From Podarcis cretensis (lineage: Eukaryota): a stretch of 64,000 nucleotides of DNA. A program made the translations under genes and the position numbers. Below, one piece after another: positions 11,059 through 24,585 of this stretch. The DNA lies in NCBI GenBank assembly GCA_951804945.1, contig OX638159.1, positions 32,178,001 through 32,242,000 on the forward strand. The letters are read 5' to 3'. The notes beneath the pieces are model-generated. The model saw nothing but the letters and a program-made list of their open reading frames with translations, did not search any database and was not told the DNA's origin. The number at the start of each line of letters is the position of its first letter. Position 1 is the first letter of the stretch.

Positions 11059-13805
11059 TATCGCTATTGGATTTGAAATAGGTTTTTTAAAAAAATAACA
11101 ATAATAGATGCAGTAGTTTTAACTGTTTTTATATATGTAATGGTTTTTAATTGCTTTTCATATATGCAATTGTTCAACTGTTTTATTAATATATGCAAGA
11201 GTTTTTTGTATTGTGAAATTGCTTTGAAGTGCTTTAAAGAAAATGATTCATATATAATATAAATGACAGTTAGATCTGTAAAGAGGGTGAGAAGTATTGC
11301 ACAGAGCCGTAGAATATTATTTAGACTATTATTATTATTATTATTAACATTTCTAATTGATCGTTTTTACAAAAAGTAACTGAAAGCAACTTACAGCATA
11401 GTACAAATATAATATAGAAACCTAAACAGAATAAAAACTTTAAAAACACATGCATTTCTTTAAAAAAGGCAAGTTTAATGCAACCCACTCAACTAAAAGT
11501 AGGCAAGGAAGAGGCCACAAATATATGCCAAATCCTCCTAAAACCTGGGTAAAAAGAAACATTTCTGCTGGCACCCAAAAATAGTTAATAATGAAGGCAC
11601 CAGAAGTATCTCCCTGCTGGTGAGCTGCCCACCATTAAATATGGCAGTTTAGGAACAGAACTGCCATTTTTTTTTGTTTAATTGTGGCAAAGTAGAATGT
11701 CAAAGGCTTATTGTGTTCACAGTACATTAATGGGTATTGGCTTACACAATTAGGTTCTGCACAAGGGCCTTTGAGTTAAACTGACTCACATTTCCCCACA
11801 ATTTGGCTCGTCCCTCTTAAAATCTCCCTTCTTAATTGTACTGAACTATTCATGATGCTTATTTGTCCTCATCTGGTAGGTCGGGACTCAATGCTGGATC
11901 ATGACCTGATCTATGGTGGGTTCTGGCAGCAGCACAAGCACCATAAAAATAGATGGTAAAAAAGAGAGAGAGAAAAATAGGTCCCCAAATTCATGTTGGG
12001 GTTTCAGTCCCAGGTCTGAAAAGGTTATAGTGAGTGTACAAAGTGAAGACGACGGCTACATAGATTGCACTATTCTGATAGAAGACATAATGGGTTAGTT
12101 AAACAAATCTATCAAAGTGACAGACACATCACTTATGATTCAGCATTCATGTGAAATTCATGGACCTCTATCAGGATTTTTTTTTAAAAAAAATTGGCTC
12201 ATCAACAAGAAAATAATGTATGCAGATTTTGTATCTTTGGCAAATAATAATATTATTCAGAACAAACCATAGGAACATGCTTTATACCAGGTCAGGATAC
12301 TTGCAACATCTAACCCACCATGGTCTGTTCTGACTTATTCTCCAGGGTTTCAAGTCAAGAAGTGCTGGCTGTGCCCTGATCCCCTTAATGACAGAATTCC
12401 AGGGACTCAATCTGGAACATTCTGTAGGCCAAGCATAACACTGAGCTATGGCCATCTCCAAAGCTATAGACATTGTAACTGAGTTGCTGGATGAATTTCC
12501 AGAATGAAAGTGGCCAAGGCTCCTTCATCTTGAGTCCTCATTTATTTCAGTAGAGCTTGGGTAGAGGTTAGGATGCAGGCAGACTGGGCCCACAATTGCT
12601 ACCCTGCTAATATTCACATGTCACTCTAGCACCGGAAAGAATTCTAGTACAATCAGTCCAAGACCCATTCCTGGGCCACTGTAATCTAGGGTGGGTTTTT
12701 ATTATTATTAAATGCGCTACATAGCACATAATGAATGCTGTTCAAAGGAAAAAGCTGAACCAGCTGGGCACACAAAACAAAAAATCTGCAGGATTGATCC
12801 TTTTAAAAATGCTAGCTTTGAGATTGCCTTTAATTTCATATCCCAGAGCAGGAAATCTTGTACATTAAATAAACATTACAGTATTTTTACTGCTTACTGT
12901 TAACTTCCCCTTTTGTGATATGTAAGTTGTCCAAAAACCTTTAGTTGAAATAAAAGCAGCCACAGGGTATTCCCAAGGCTATAATTTCACTGAGGATTTC
13001 TCTGATGTCACAAACCAAAGAGCTAAGTTGAGCTGTTTAGTCAGAGGAACCCCGAGATGAAAATTACATCCTTGTAACACACAGCAGGGGACTTTTTATA
13101 CATTAACAGCCTTAAGTGAGCCATCTCTGATGATTATACCTTCTCTAAAGACTCTGGGTTCCAGAAAAATGGTTTTCATACCTACAAAATAAGTATTTAT
13201 TTCATCTATTTTTACAATTCTGTCCTTGAATGAAGAGCTGTCTCTCCCACTGCGCCCACTTCCCCTTAGCCAAGGAGGAAGCAGGAGTGTTACCCAGCTT
13301 AAAATGGGATCACGAGAAGAAGATGAGAAAGAAATGTTTGACTACTTGGAGCTTTTAATCTGGAATGGATAAATTTTTCAAAGTCCTGTCTCAATAGTCA
13401 CACATTATCCTTTGCTGATATCTGTGTTGTCAGGATAATCTTATAATTCCGACAAAGATACCGACCTCCGAGTATGCATATTGCATATAGGGAAAGCTGT
13501 CATAGATTCTCCATGTTTATATCTATAGGATCTCCAGCCTAGGTTGTCTAATGGATTCTAGTAGTAATAACCAAAACTTGACCTCCCAATCCTCCACGTA
13601 CATATAGGTGTTGTGGTTTTTTTTTTAAAAAAAAGTATAAGAGGCTGAGTTCTCAATGGTTCAAAGCTATCTCTTCTAAGATACAAATACATCTTGGAAT
13701 TTTTTAAAAATACTAGCCAGTGCTAAATAAATGTATCTTCAGAACAGTGAAACTGCTGCTTCTGCTTCCCTGCTGGTCCTATTTCTTCTATAAAATATGG
13801 GATTA

Positions 13806-14014
13806 CAGTGGTACCTCAGGTTACAGACGCTTCAGGTTACAGACTCCGCTAACCCAGAAATAGTGCCTAGGGTTAAGAACTTTGCTTCAGGATGAGAACA
13901 GAAATCAGGTGGCGATGGCGTGGCAGCAGTGGGAGGCCCCATTAGCTAAAGTGGTGCTTCAGGTTAAGAACGAACCTCCAGAACGAATTAAGTTCTTAAC
14001 CCAAGGTACCACTG
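13806..14014. mobile_element. Tc1/mariner (pogo/Tigger-like) MITE
   Basis: TA|CAGTGGTACCT ... AGGTACCACTG|TA. Confidence 0.9.
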
Positions 14015-14754
14015 TATATGTACTGCGTCTACCCCAGCCTCTCAGTGTAGAATCAGAAAGCTAATATGGTAGCAGCAAGCCATGCTTACAAAAGAACAAA
14101 AATCAGTCCAACCTGGAGCACAAGAAACACATTAAAAAGTCAATGAGGTCGGGGATAAATGTGGACAACTTGCTTATCGTTTTGCAGAGTGATTGCCATA
14201 CGTCTCCATTAGCCAGAATTTCTAGTCTGGCTGTTGAATAGGCATTACACAAAATCTTCACTCCCCACATCTCCGCCCCGCTTACATACAACAAGCCTAC
14301 TGGAGACTTTTGCTTTCCTGAAACATCCAATGTATTTATATGAGTCAAAGTACATGAGAACGTAAGATGGGCCTGGTAGATCAGGCCAATGGTTCATCTA
14401 GCTCAGCATCCTGTTCTCACAGTGGCCAACCAGATGCCTGTGGGAAGCGTGCAATGACCTCTTTAACAACACCACCTCCAGTACTTCCTTCCCTGCCCTT
14501 CTTATAGAGTTTATATAGAATTGTGTCCCACTGGATCTGCCATTTTATCAGACTTCTGTTCTGCCCACTATATCAATGCCATCCTCCAAGGTCAAGTACA
14601 AGTAGGCATGTAGATGACCAGTCAAATGGCCAGCCATAGTGGCTGCAGTCCTATACCCACTTATTCACTGGGGCTTACTTCTGAGTAGAAATGTAGAGGA
14701 TTGCACTGGGTGATGCCCAACATAAGTCATCCTTAGAGTAGACCCACTGAGAAT

Positions 14755-14818
14755 CCTGCGTTGCAGGGAGTTGGACTAAATGATCCTCGAGGTCCCTTCC
14801 AATTCTATGATTCTATGA
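14755..14818 (+). mobile_element. CR1-type 3' tail fragment
   Basis: GGTCCCTTCCAATTCTATGATTCTATGA: CR1 terminal hairpin and octamer tail. Confidence 0.75.
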
Positions 14819-14844
14819 AATCTTATTGATTTCAATGGTCTATG

Positions 14845-15270
14845 AATCAATTTTGATTCAGTTTCTCATTTTTCTTTTTTTCTTTTTTGTTCTCCACATT
14901 TCTGCATCAATTTGCAAATTTTCTTTTTAAAAAACCCTCCTGAAAATTATCCAGCATTTCAAGATGATTTTCTCCCATTAAACACAGTTTTGCACAGTGT
15001 TTTGACAAGCATGCACCCTTTTGCAAGCAACCTCTCCTAACAGCATGCATTTTGTGCTCTGTTTTCACTCATGGTTCATTTTTATGCATGCTTCCCCCAA
15101 ATAGATGCATTTTTATTAACACCGATTGGTTGGCGTGCTGCATTGCAAAATTCAGATAGCTGCGAATTTTGAAAGATGGCTGTGTTGTGATACTCATAGA
15201 CTTTCAGAAAATGTGAATTTGAGAAATTCAGCTTTAAAACGGGAACTGAATCAAATTCCATCCCACTCCT
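14845..15270. repeat. Old AT-rich interspersed repeat
   Basis: Inverted homologues at about 49650-49860 and on both sides of the RTE (55493-55559 and 57401-57550). Confidence 0.55.
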
Positions 15271-15423
15271 GATATCAAGCCTTCTCCCTCTGCAACTCCC
15301 CCCCCCAGGAATTTTAAAGCTAGATAACAAATGCAAGGCCCCAATACCACTTTCAATCTTATACCTACTTACCTGAGAGTAAGCCCTCCTGAACTCAATG
15401 GAACTTACTTCTGAGTAGATGTG

Positions 15424-15912
15424 NNNNNNNNNNNNNNNNNNNNNNNNNNNNNNNNNNNNNNNNNNNNNNNNNNNNNNNNNNNNNNNNNNNNNNNNNNNNN
15501 NNNNNNNNNNNNNNNNNNNNNNNNNNNNNNNNNNNNNNNNNNNNNNNNNNNNNNNNNNNNNNNNNNNNNNNNNNNNNNNNNNNNNNNNNNNNNNNNNNNN
15601 NNNNNNNNNNNNNNNNNNNNNNNNNNNNNNNNNNNNNNNNNNNNNNNNNNNNNNNNNNNNNNNNNNNNNNNNNNNNNNNNNNNNNNNNNNNNNNNNNNNN
15701 NNNNNNNNNNNNNNNNNNNNNNNNNNNNNNNNNNNNNNNNNNNNNNNNNNNNNNNNNNNNNNNNNNNNNNNNNNNNNNNNNNNNNNNNNNNNNNNNNNNN
15801 NNNNNNNNNNNNNNNNNNNNNNNNNNNNNNNNNNNNNNNNNNNNNNNNNNNNNNNNNNNNNNNNNNNNNNNNNNNNNNNNNNNNNNNNNNNNNNNNNNNN
15901 NNNNNNNNNNNN
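15424..15912. other. Assembly gap
   Basis: Run of N. Confidence 1.
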
Positions 15913-16450
15913 AGAAGCAGTTAGCAGTTTCCCTGCTAGGTCGAGTAGACACACAAGCAGCGACAGCATGCTTTCCAAAGAGTCTAGCAGGATTTTTTTT
16001 TTTTTTTTTTTTGGTAATGAAGGAGAGTGAGATTCGAAATGCAGGCTCAGGGCAAAAACAGAGGTGTTTCCCATCAGCCAAGAGCAACTCCCACTTCTGT
16101 CACGCAACCCTGTCCATAATTGACGCAATTAGCTTGCTGTTTAAATCTCACACATGATCATGCTATTTTCCCCTGTGTGTTTGAAGGGTGGGGTGGGGGG
16201 CGATTACGGGATGGAACTCGGCGAGTGTGAAACAAAATAGTTAAGTTGGGCTTCGGGAAAGAAAAGAAGAAAGAAAGGAAGAAAGAACTCCTGTCCCATC
16301 TGTCAAATTGTATGTATGACATCATCAGATATTCTGCACTTGTTTGCAGCTATTCAGGCCAACCCGCCCTGCAGTCTAAGCATTGTGTTTGAGCTCTTTT
16401 TTGCAGGGTCAGCGGGCTGGAAAATTACCACATGCTGTCAGAGTTAGCTC
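15913..16450. promoter_or_regulatory. Possible promoter/enhancer segment
   Basis: No recognised repeat; several CpGs retained; TGACGCAA (16121-16128), TGACATCA (16317-16324), GC/GT boxes near 16190 and 16365. Motif evidence only. Confidence 0.3.
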
Positions 16451-18748
16451 AGCCAGGTCTTGTTATCGTTGTTTCCAAGGAATCCATTCATTCCATTATT
16501 TTACATATTGGGCAGACGTCCTGAAACTGAGGCTTGGGCCGTACTAACTTGAAGGGCCAAACGTTAATGGGTCTCTATTGTTTGTGGAATAGTGGTGCAA
16601 TACGTGGGAAAAAATACCCAGACAGCTCCCTGACATTGGTTTAGGACCTGTAGACTCAGGGGGTAGCCTGAGAAGAGCTTTTATGTAAACAAGACTTGGG
16701 TAAACAAAAGCTGTCTTCTGTGTCAATATTCATAACCTCTTAATTTTTTCTTCTTCTTTTACTCCCTCCGCCCCCCTGAAACACAAAAGTGTTGTTGTTG
16801 GGTTGTTTTTTTAAAAAAGCAAAGGACCCGTATGTATGGTAATGTATGGTAGTGTTCATGGATTTGTGTGCTTATGTTTAAATTAAGAAATACCTGTTTT
16901 AAAATGCCACCCGTTTCAAAGTGATCTTTCTCAAACATGAAGTCCCAGCTGACAAGTTTCATCTGGAATTTGCCTCACGATATTTTGTGACATATAATGA
17001 ATTGATGGCTGGGTGTCTTCAAGGTATGACATCCCTCCCATCCAAGCCAGATTTTGTTTGGAAGCTGACAAGACAGGATGTGTCTTTTTAATGGTAATTT
17101 GCCAGCATTTAGAACTTTGAGTAATTGATTATATACATTTCAATTATTTGCTTTCTTAAAAAACCAGAAAGATAAATGTCAATGTTCTTACGAATTGTAG
17201 GAAATTATTGTGAACAAAAGCAATTTCATAATTTCAGCATTTAAATACCCAACTGGATCAAAATGAGGGGAGAATTTTTCACTGGTAGGAACTGTTCATC
17301 CCCTCTACCTCCTGTATCTTCTATTAATTTAGTATTGCCCTATGGGCAATTTTGTACTGCCCCCAGATCTTGAGATTAATAATAATATGGGACACATTTT
17401 AAATTCCCTGTAGTTTTAAGTTACTAATGTAGAAGTTGTATTTCCAGATGCAAGAGAAATAAGCCTGGACAAATCACATTTAGGAATAGCAATTTCAAAT
17501 GTCAGAGGTGACAATATAACATTAAGTCAAATCTTATGGTCAAACGTCCATACCATTCCTACCTGTCCAGTTTTGCCTACTTATCAGCAGTCCCTGTAAA
17601 ATTCTCACCACAAAAGTCTGCTGCCCTCTAGATATTTTGAACTATAACTCCCTTCAGCCCAGTTGGCATGGCCAATGCTCATGGATGATGGAAGTTGTAG
17701 TCCAGAACACCTAAAAGGTACCTGGTTGGGGGAAGTTGGTTTAGCTCAATTTAAATAAAGACCACCATCTCCAGCAATAAAGTCATGCAGCATCTACCTC
17801 TCTTTTCCATCCCATGTCAACTGCTAACTGCTAGATATACACAGTAAAACAATATCACAGTGAAGTAGTAGCTATTTTAGGAGAATAACTGATAAAGTTA
17901 CTTCCACATCAAGAATTATTTTTGTGACAGCAGCCTAACAAACTATGTTCCTATTTGCCCAGTCCTTTGGGGTGATGATAAACTAACCGAGCTTACATCA
18001 GCACAGAGGAACAAGTTGTCTGTAGATGAGATTATGACTCTCTAATGGAAACACACAGCATATAAGAACACGATACTTAGACTACTTAGAACTGCTGAAA
18101 AATTAATCTGCAGTGAGGGTGTCCATTTCCTTTCGCCTTAGGCTTAATTGTCCGATCAGACCACACCAACTTTTCGTAGGGGACTCAAAGAAGGCTGGAA
18201 TGAGTTTGACCTTTGAACATGCCACTCAAAATACGGTATTTATTGCAGGTGTTGGTTTTTATCCTTTTAGGATATATATTGTGCTTCAAGGCATTTCAGA
18301 TACATCATCATGGTTTTGTTTTTTCGTTAGTTCTTTGCGCTTGGGAGCACTTGCTCAAGTGGCTGAGCTGTGGTCAAATTAAGAGAGGCAACTTGCCTGG
18401 CAAGGTGGAGCCACATTACCTTTCTGACAAGGATGTTGCTATCTGTTACAAGGAGTAAGAGAGGGAGGTTGGAAATGGCAGGGAGGTTGGTGTGGTGTGA
18501 GTGCACCGGTGAGACCATTGGATCAGTTCTGCTGGTGCAGCTACACTGCATTGCACTGCCCACCACCTGGTCCCTCCTCATACCTCCCTCCCTTTCTCCT
18601 CTCCCTCCTGGTAAACACCAGCAGTGACATACGTGCCAGGAAGGTAGCATTGCGACTCCCATTGAGTGACCATTTCTGCATACTCAGACCAGGGAAATTC
18701 AGATTTAGATCTTCACTCAGTTATGAAGCTCACCGAGTCAGCACTTAT

Positions 18749-19053
18749 GTTGTTGTTGTTTAATCGTGTCCGACTCTTTGTGACCCCATGGACCAGAACA
18801 CGCCAGGCACTCCTGTCTTCCATTGCCTCCTGCAGTTTGGTCAAACTCATGTTGGTAGCTTCGAGAACACTGTCCACCCATCTCATCCTCTGTCGTCCCC
18901 TTCTCCTTGTGCCCTCAATCTTTCCCAACATCAGGGTCTTTTCCAGGGAGTCTTCTCTTCTCATGATGTGGCCAAGATATTGGAGCCTCAGCTTCAGGAT
19001 CTGTCCTTCCACTGAGCACTCAGGGCTGATTTCCTTCAGAATGGATAGGCTAT
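18749..19053 (-). mobile_element. BovB (RTE clade) LINE, 5'-truncated
   Basis: Peptide LKLRLQYLGHIMRREDSLEKTLMLGKIEG...VHGVTKSRTRLN, (CAA)n tail, 9-bp TSD AGCACTTAT; inserted in a MIR-like SINE. Confidence 0.92.
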
Positions 19054-20710
19054 AGCACTTATAGTCTTACTTATCTCACAAGGTTGTTATAAGGATAAGA
19101 TGTGGTATGTCTGCATCTCTGTGTGAGGAGAACAATGAACATCACCTTGAGACCTTTCAAAGTGGCTGTTGAGTGCTTGGGGAACACAGCATAATGGACA
19201 GGTGGGCAGGATCTGTCAAGCATCTGATGCCATAATGATGGCAGGTGATTGAAAGGTGGGTTTCTTATATAGCTATGAAAGTTGGCCCATGAGGTGGAAC
19301 CAGATAAGGATCTGGCCTGCCTGGCCAAAAGGATTTCTCATCCTTGCCGTAAGGCCTCAACTGAAACATGTTTCAGGTAAGAAGAGTTGTTAAAATGTAC
19401 TGCCCAACATTCAGGTCAGTCCCTTCTTTCCTTTTTGAAATACATTCAAAATTTCAGCTAAGATTATTTCTGTCTCGTGGTTAATTTTAAATCATTTATT
19501 TCTTCAGATGGCATTAAGAGCCAATTGAGAACTTTATTTTTTTCATGAAATAATGTGTGTCAGTGCTAGACTTCTTAAGCCAAACCCTCCAAAGCAATCA
19601 TCATAATCATATTGTAAACCCCTTGATAATTTCATCTGTATGTATGAAAGATTCCCTGTATGTAAGAAATGTTACGTTAAAATAAATATTAGAATTTAAC
19701 CTTCTTAGACTGACTATAATCTTCAAAAGAAAATCTATCAGGGTTTAAAATGAATATCTTGAAGTAAAATGGGAAGAAAAATGGGAAGGAGTAAATAAAT
19801 GTCTATAAATAAATAATTTCATTCATTTTTTGATTTAATTTGTGCTTTCTTTTTCATCTTTTGCCCACACGAAAGAAAGCACATGCAATGTCTGCATAAT
19901 AACTGAGATAATCAATATGCATGGGTTGCATTAATAATGCTGGGCATGATTCTGCCAAAGCTGAGCACTTTTAAGTCTCCTTAATTCCAATGGAAGAACT
20001 ACTCTTATGCTAAACTTTCTCCTACTGACAGTTGCAGGATTTGTGCTTAACTTTGGTTGGATGGTGGGGATTATTTTATAGATTTCAGTTTAGATTGCTT
20101 ACATTATCTATTCCCACAGATACAGGGCCATTTACAGCCTGTTGAGAAAAGAAACATCTACAGTATCTAAAATCTATCATCAAGTAATCTATCTAAAAAC
20201 AATGTGGTCTGAGATTGGCATGGTTGGACACATCAGGGCTTTTCAGACCTCATATCCACCAAATAAAAGTCTGGGGAACCTTCCAGACTGGCATCTGAAC
20301 AGACAATGGACAGAAGTTGGAGGTGAGAGTCATCAAATGGGCTCCTTAACTTCCAGTTGTTTTAAAGTCAGATTTTGGTGGACTCTTCTTCGAGTCTTAA
20401 AGGAAGATATGAGGGTTTTTGTTTCTGTGTGGAAGATATGAGGGCTTTTGTTTTTCAATGAGTGCTGAATTCAGGTACTGAGGTAGTAGAGCACATGCTT
20501 TTCATGCAGATGGTTCAGGGTTCAATCCCTGGTGTCTCATGGGAAAAACTCCTGCCTGAAATCTTGGATAGATGCTGATAGTCAATGTCAACAATAATGA
20601 GATAAATAGATATAGGCTGATTTGGTATGAGGCAGCTCCTTATATTTCTGTGTCAAGTGTTTGTTTGTTTCTCCACTCCAGATCCTGGGTTGAAACCAAA
20701 AAGATAATTC

Positions 20711-20712
<2 letters not shown>

Positions 20713-20746
<34 letters not shown>

Positions 20747-20814
20747 TTTACACCCCGCCCATCTGCTGGGTTTCCCCAGCCACTCTGGGTGCCTCCCAAC
20801 AGAACATTAAAAAC

Positions 20815-20855
<41 letters not shown>

Positions 20856-21235
20856 TTATTTATATCCCACCCTCCCCAGCCGAAGCCAGGCTCAGAGCGG
20901 CTAACAACAGTAAAATGATAAAACATTTTAAAATCATTTCATTATAAAATGAATCCCAGTTAATAAAAGATCAAACATTAAAAACTTCCCTAAACAGGGC
21001 TGCTTTCAGATGTCTTCTAAAAGTCAGATAGCTGTTTATTTCCTTGACATCTGGTGGGAAGGTATTCCACAGGGTGGGTGCCACTACCGAGAAGACCCTC
21101 TGCCTGGTTCCCTGTAACCTCACTTCTTGCAATGAGGGAACTGCCAGAAGGCCCTTGGAGCTGGATCTCAGTGTCCAGGCAGAGCGATGTGGTGGAGATG
21201 CTCCTTCAGGTATACGGGGCTGAGGTTGTTTCAAG
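20713..21235 (-). mobile_element. L2 LINE 3' fragment with a second short L2-type tail nested at ~20816-20960
   Basis: Peptide TLRSSSKGLLAVP...RVFSVVAPTLWNTFPPDVKEINSYLTFRRHLKAALFREVF; two (ATT)n tails. Confidence 0.85.
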
Positions 21236-23119
21236 CAGAAGACCCTCACACAATATAATTCAATTTCTGGCAAACCTTGGGAAAAGACTTAGGAGACACC
21301 CTTCTTTCTCGAACAAGTAAGACCATCTTGGAGAAAGTGCCCTAAATTAGCACAAACATTTATTAGAGGAACATTGTTAACATGTTGGAAACTTGCCATA
21401 GTATCAGCCATGTTCTCTCACATTGCATTAATATCCCAGATATTTAGCATTTGATTTCCCTAACAAGATATCACTGTGCAATTGTTTCAGCAATTTTCAT
21501 ATCAGATTAGTGAATTCCATGACTAACACAACATGACGTTAACATGAACATAGTTAATAGAACATGACAAAAATGCTGGCATTTTATTTGTGAATTCGCT
21601 GTCTTCTTGACCACTTTGGAGTTTGCATCCTGCTTCTCAGGATTTTGGCAGAAACCAAAACTGAATATATACATTGAAATCTCATTAAAGCCTTGTATTT
21701 TTACTACTTGTGAAGAGATGCTTCACATGTTATGTTATGGGCATAGGTTCACTCACATTTTTGTATACCTGGGTGAAACGGAACAAGGAAGTGCACAGAT
21801 TTAATTAATGACCCTGCCAATATATTCCATGTATTCTAGCAGCCATTTCAGTTTATGGTTGGTGAGAGCCAAATTCCACTATGCTCCACATATTGCATAT
21901 CTCCAGTCTGCTTTGCATGCAGAAGGTCCCATAAGGTCAATATAAGACTGCTTCTTCTGTTCCTTTGATTAACCCCAAACACATACCCCTAATAAATGCA
22001 GCATGTGAATCAGCCCTTGTTCAATTGAGGAAAGAAGCAGCAAATGCAGGAGGAAACACCAAGAATTGTTATGAGCTAGTATTCTAATATGTAAGATTTA
22101 AGGGATAAGGTTTTTAAAAGGTAGATTTAGCATGAATACTGATCAAAATTCAAAATAGATTGTGATAATTTTCTCGGTTAAGTGCTGAAAGTTCCACTTT
22201 CAAAGCCAGGCTGGAAGGGGGGAAAAAACCCCAAAGCACTGGAATCTAGAGAGATAATCCTGCATTTAAAAGGAGGATAAAAGAGATAACCTAGGTATTT
22301 TTCTGAAACTCTCAGATGCTATGGTTTGCAGCCAGGGTGCAAGATGGAGAGCCCAAGGGCGCTTAATGGTCTGCCAACTCCTTATCTGATGTAGAAAAGT
22401 TTTTATTGCTTTTAGAAATTTAATTATTAAAGAGGAAAGGGGGATCTCCTTTTTAAAAGCCTCTGATTCTTTTGCCTTAGGCAACACTGATATAAAATGA
22501 TTATTACACATCTCTTTACCAGGCTGCATTTACACTGGAGAATTGAGCTGATGGTATCTGAAATGGCTGGAAAGTGCTGGTATACCGTAGAGCTATTTTG
22601 GGTCCTAAGATGTGTGATTCAGCAGTGCTTAATTTCCGTACATTTTTCTACTGCCTTTTGAGCGATTATGTCTAGGGGGTCAGGGAGCCAAAGTTCTGCT
22701 TGTGCAAGGTCCTTCTGCCTTATTCTGGGTAAATCCCCAAGTCTCACCATGATGCTTGAAGGGTTGGCATCATTTCCAAAGGGCAAGAAAATGTGCTCAA
22801 TTTCTTCAGATTCTTCTGTAGCTCAAATATCGGTCACCATATGACTACCTTGAACCTTTGATGTTTGAGTAGAGAGCTTTCTTGTTAAGCAAGTGAGTGC
22901 TCATTACTCACTTGCATAGTAAGTTACTTACCTGTAGGCCCAGTCAAGCATAAAATAAGACAAAAAGGAAAATGTAGCAAAACATAAAATGGGATTTTAT
23001 CGGCATTGTTAAATAAGGCAGGGAAACGAAGCAGCCTTTGGTGACTCAAAGGCCTTGTTAGAGTGCAGAAAATACTGCAAATGGAGATCTCAAAACTGAC
23101 ACACATCAATACAATGTGT

Positions 23120-23330
23120 TAAGTCTTTTCTGCATTGGGAGACAATGGAAGAGTGTGCTTCCGGGGGGGGGGGGAGGGAGTAAAGTCAAACCATTGGAGA
23201 GTTACAGCACCTGCTGTGGCTGTAGAGACTAATAAAGGAGAGACATGTTTCATTGCAAGTGGGGCAGATGAAGCCATTTTGCTGCTACAGGTGTTTCTTC
23301 TCTCTGCGCTCCTCCCAGTGGTCATTCAGG
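23120..23330 (-). mobile_element. RTE LINE 3' fragment (old)
   Basis: Inverted homologue of 32440-32630. Confidence 0.65.
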
Positions 23331-23701
23331 CAGCAATGCTTCTGACTATCAGATGCTGGAAACCACAGGAGGGCATAGTGCTGTTGTATCTGGATCTTGC
23401 TTGAGAGATTCCCCTGGACATCTGGATGGCCACAGGATGCTGTAGTAGATGGGTCATTGGCCTGATTGAGCAGGCTCATCTTATGTTATTAAGTAGTTAG
23501 AGGGATTGTTGGTGACTTGCAGAAGTCAGTTGGTAGCTCACCACACCTCAACCTGTAAAGTCTTCAGCAAAGTCTTCAGAGATTTCCTGCTCCCAGCAGA
23601 AATAGCTTCTTCCAGGTTAAGGGGAAAACTCCTCTGCCACACTGTGCAAAGTAACAAAGTGCTTATTGTATCCAGTCACAAGACACAGCTAAACACTACT
23701 A

Positions 23702-23706
<5 letters not shown>

Positions 23707-23742
<36 letters not shown>
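23707..23742. repeat. (CT)n microsatellite
   Basis: Direct reading. Confidence 0.95.
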
Positions 23743-23744
<2 letters not shown>

Positions 23745-23745
<1 letters not shown>

Positions 23746-24193
23746 CATAGAATCATAGAATCATAGAGTTGGAAGAGACCACAAGGGCCATCGAGTCCAA
23801 CCCCCTGCCAAGCAGAAAACACCATCAGAGCACTCCTGACATATGGTTGTCAAGCCTCTGCTTAAAGACCTCCAAAGAAGGAGACTCCACCACACTCCTT
23901 GGCAGCAAATTCCACTGTCGAACAGCTCTTACTGTCAGGAAGTTCTTCCTAATGTTTAGGTGGAATCTTTTTTCTTGTAGTTTGGAACTATTGCTCCGTG
24001 TCCGCTTCTCTGGAGCAGCAGAAAACAACCTTTCTCCCTCCTCTATGTGACATCCTTTTATATATTTGAACATGGCTATCATATCACCCCTTAACCTCCT
24101 CTTCTCCAGGCTAAACATGCCCAGCTCCCTTAGCCGTTCTTCATAAGGCATCGCTTCCAGGCCTTTGACCATTTTGGTTGCCCTTCTTCTGGT
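23745..24193 (-). mobile_element. CR1 LINE 3' fragment (young)
   Basis: Uninterrupted frame RRATKMVKGLEAMPYEERLRELGMFSLEKRRLRGDMI...FKQRLDNHMSGVL; (ATTCTATG)n tail. Confidence 0.93.
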
Positions 24194-24200
24194 CCTTGAA

Positions 24201-24553
24201 GTAAAGATAGTAAAGGTAAAGGTACCCCTGCCCGTATGGGCCAGTCTTGACAGACTCTGGGGTTGTGCGCCCATCTCACTTAAGAGGCCAGGGGCCAGCG
24301 CTGTCCGGAGACACTTCCGGGTCACGTGGCCAGCGTGACATCGCTGCTCTGGCGAGCCAGAGCCGCACACGGAAACGCCGTTTACCTTCCCGCTGGTAAG
24401 CGGTCCCTATTTATCTACTTGCACTCGGAGGTGCTTTCGAACTGCTAGGTTGGCAGGCGCTGGGACCGAGCAGCGGGAGCACACCCCGCCGCAGGGATTC
24501 GAACCGCCGACCTTTCGATCGGCAAGTCCTAGGCGCTGAGGCTTTAACCCACA
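24201..24553 (-). mobile_element. Sauria SINE (lacertid type)
   Basis: tRNA-like head with B box GGTTCGAATCC, CpG-rich body, (ACCTTT)n tail. Confidence 0.9.
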
Positions 24554-24585
24554 TGTACAAATTCACTAACACTATCACCATGCCT

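Noticed and set aside
15082-16128. Long ORFs (348, 230, 203 and 167 aa) and similar ones at 42, 44.5 and 48.6 kb
   Set aside because: Artefacts of N runs translated as X.
23825-24370. 181-aa ORF as a novel gene
   Set aside because: Chance fusion of Sauria SINE sequence with the CR1 ORF2 end.
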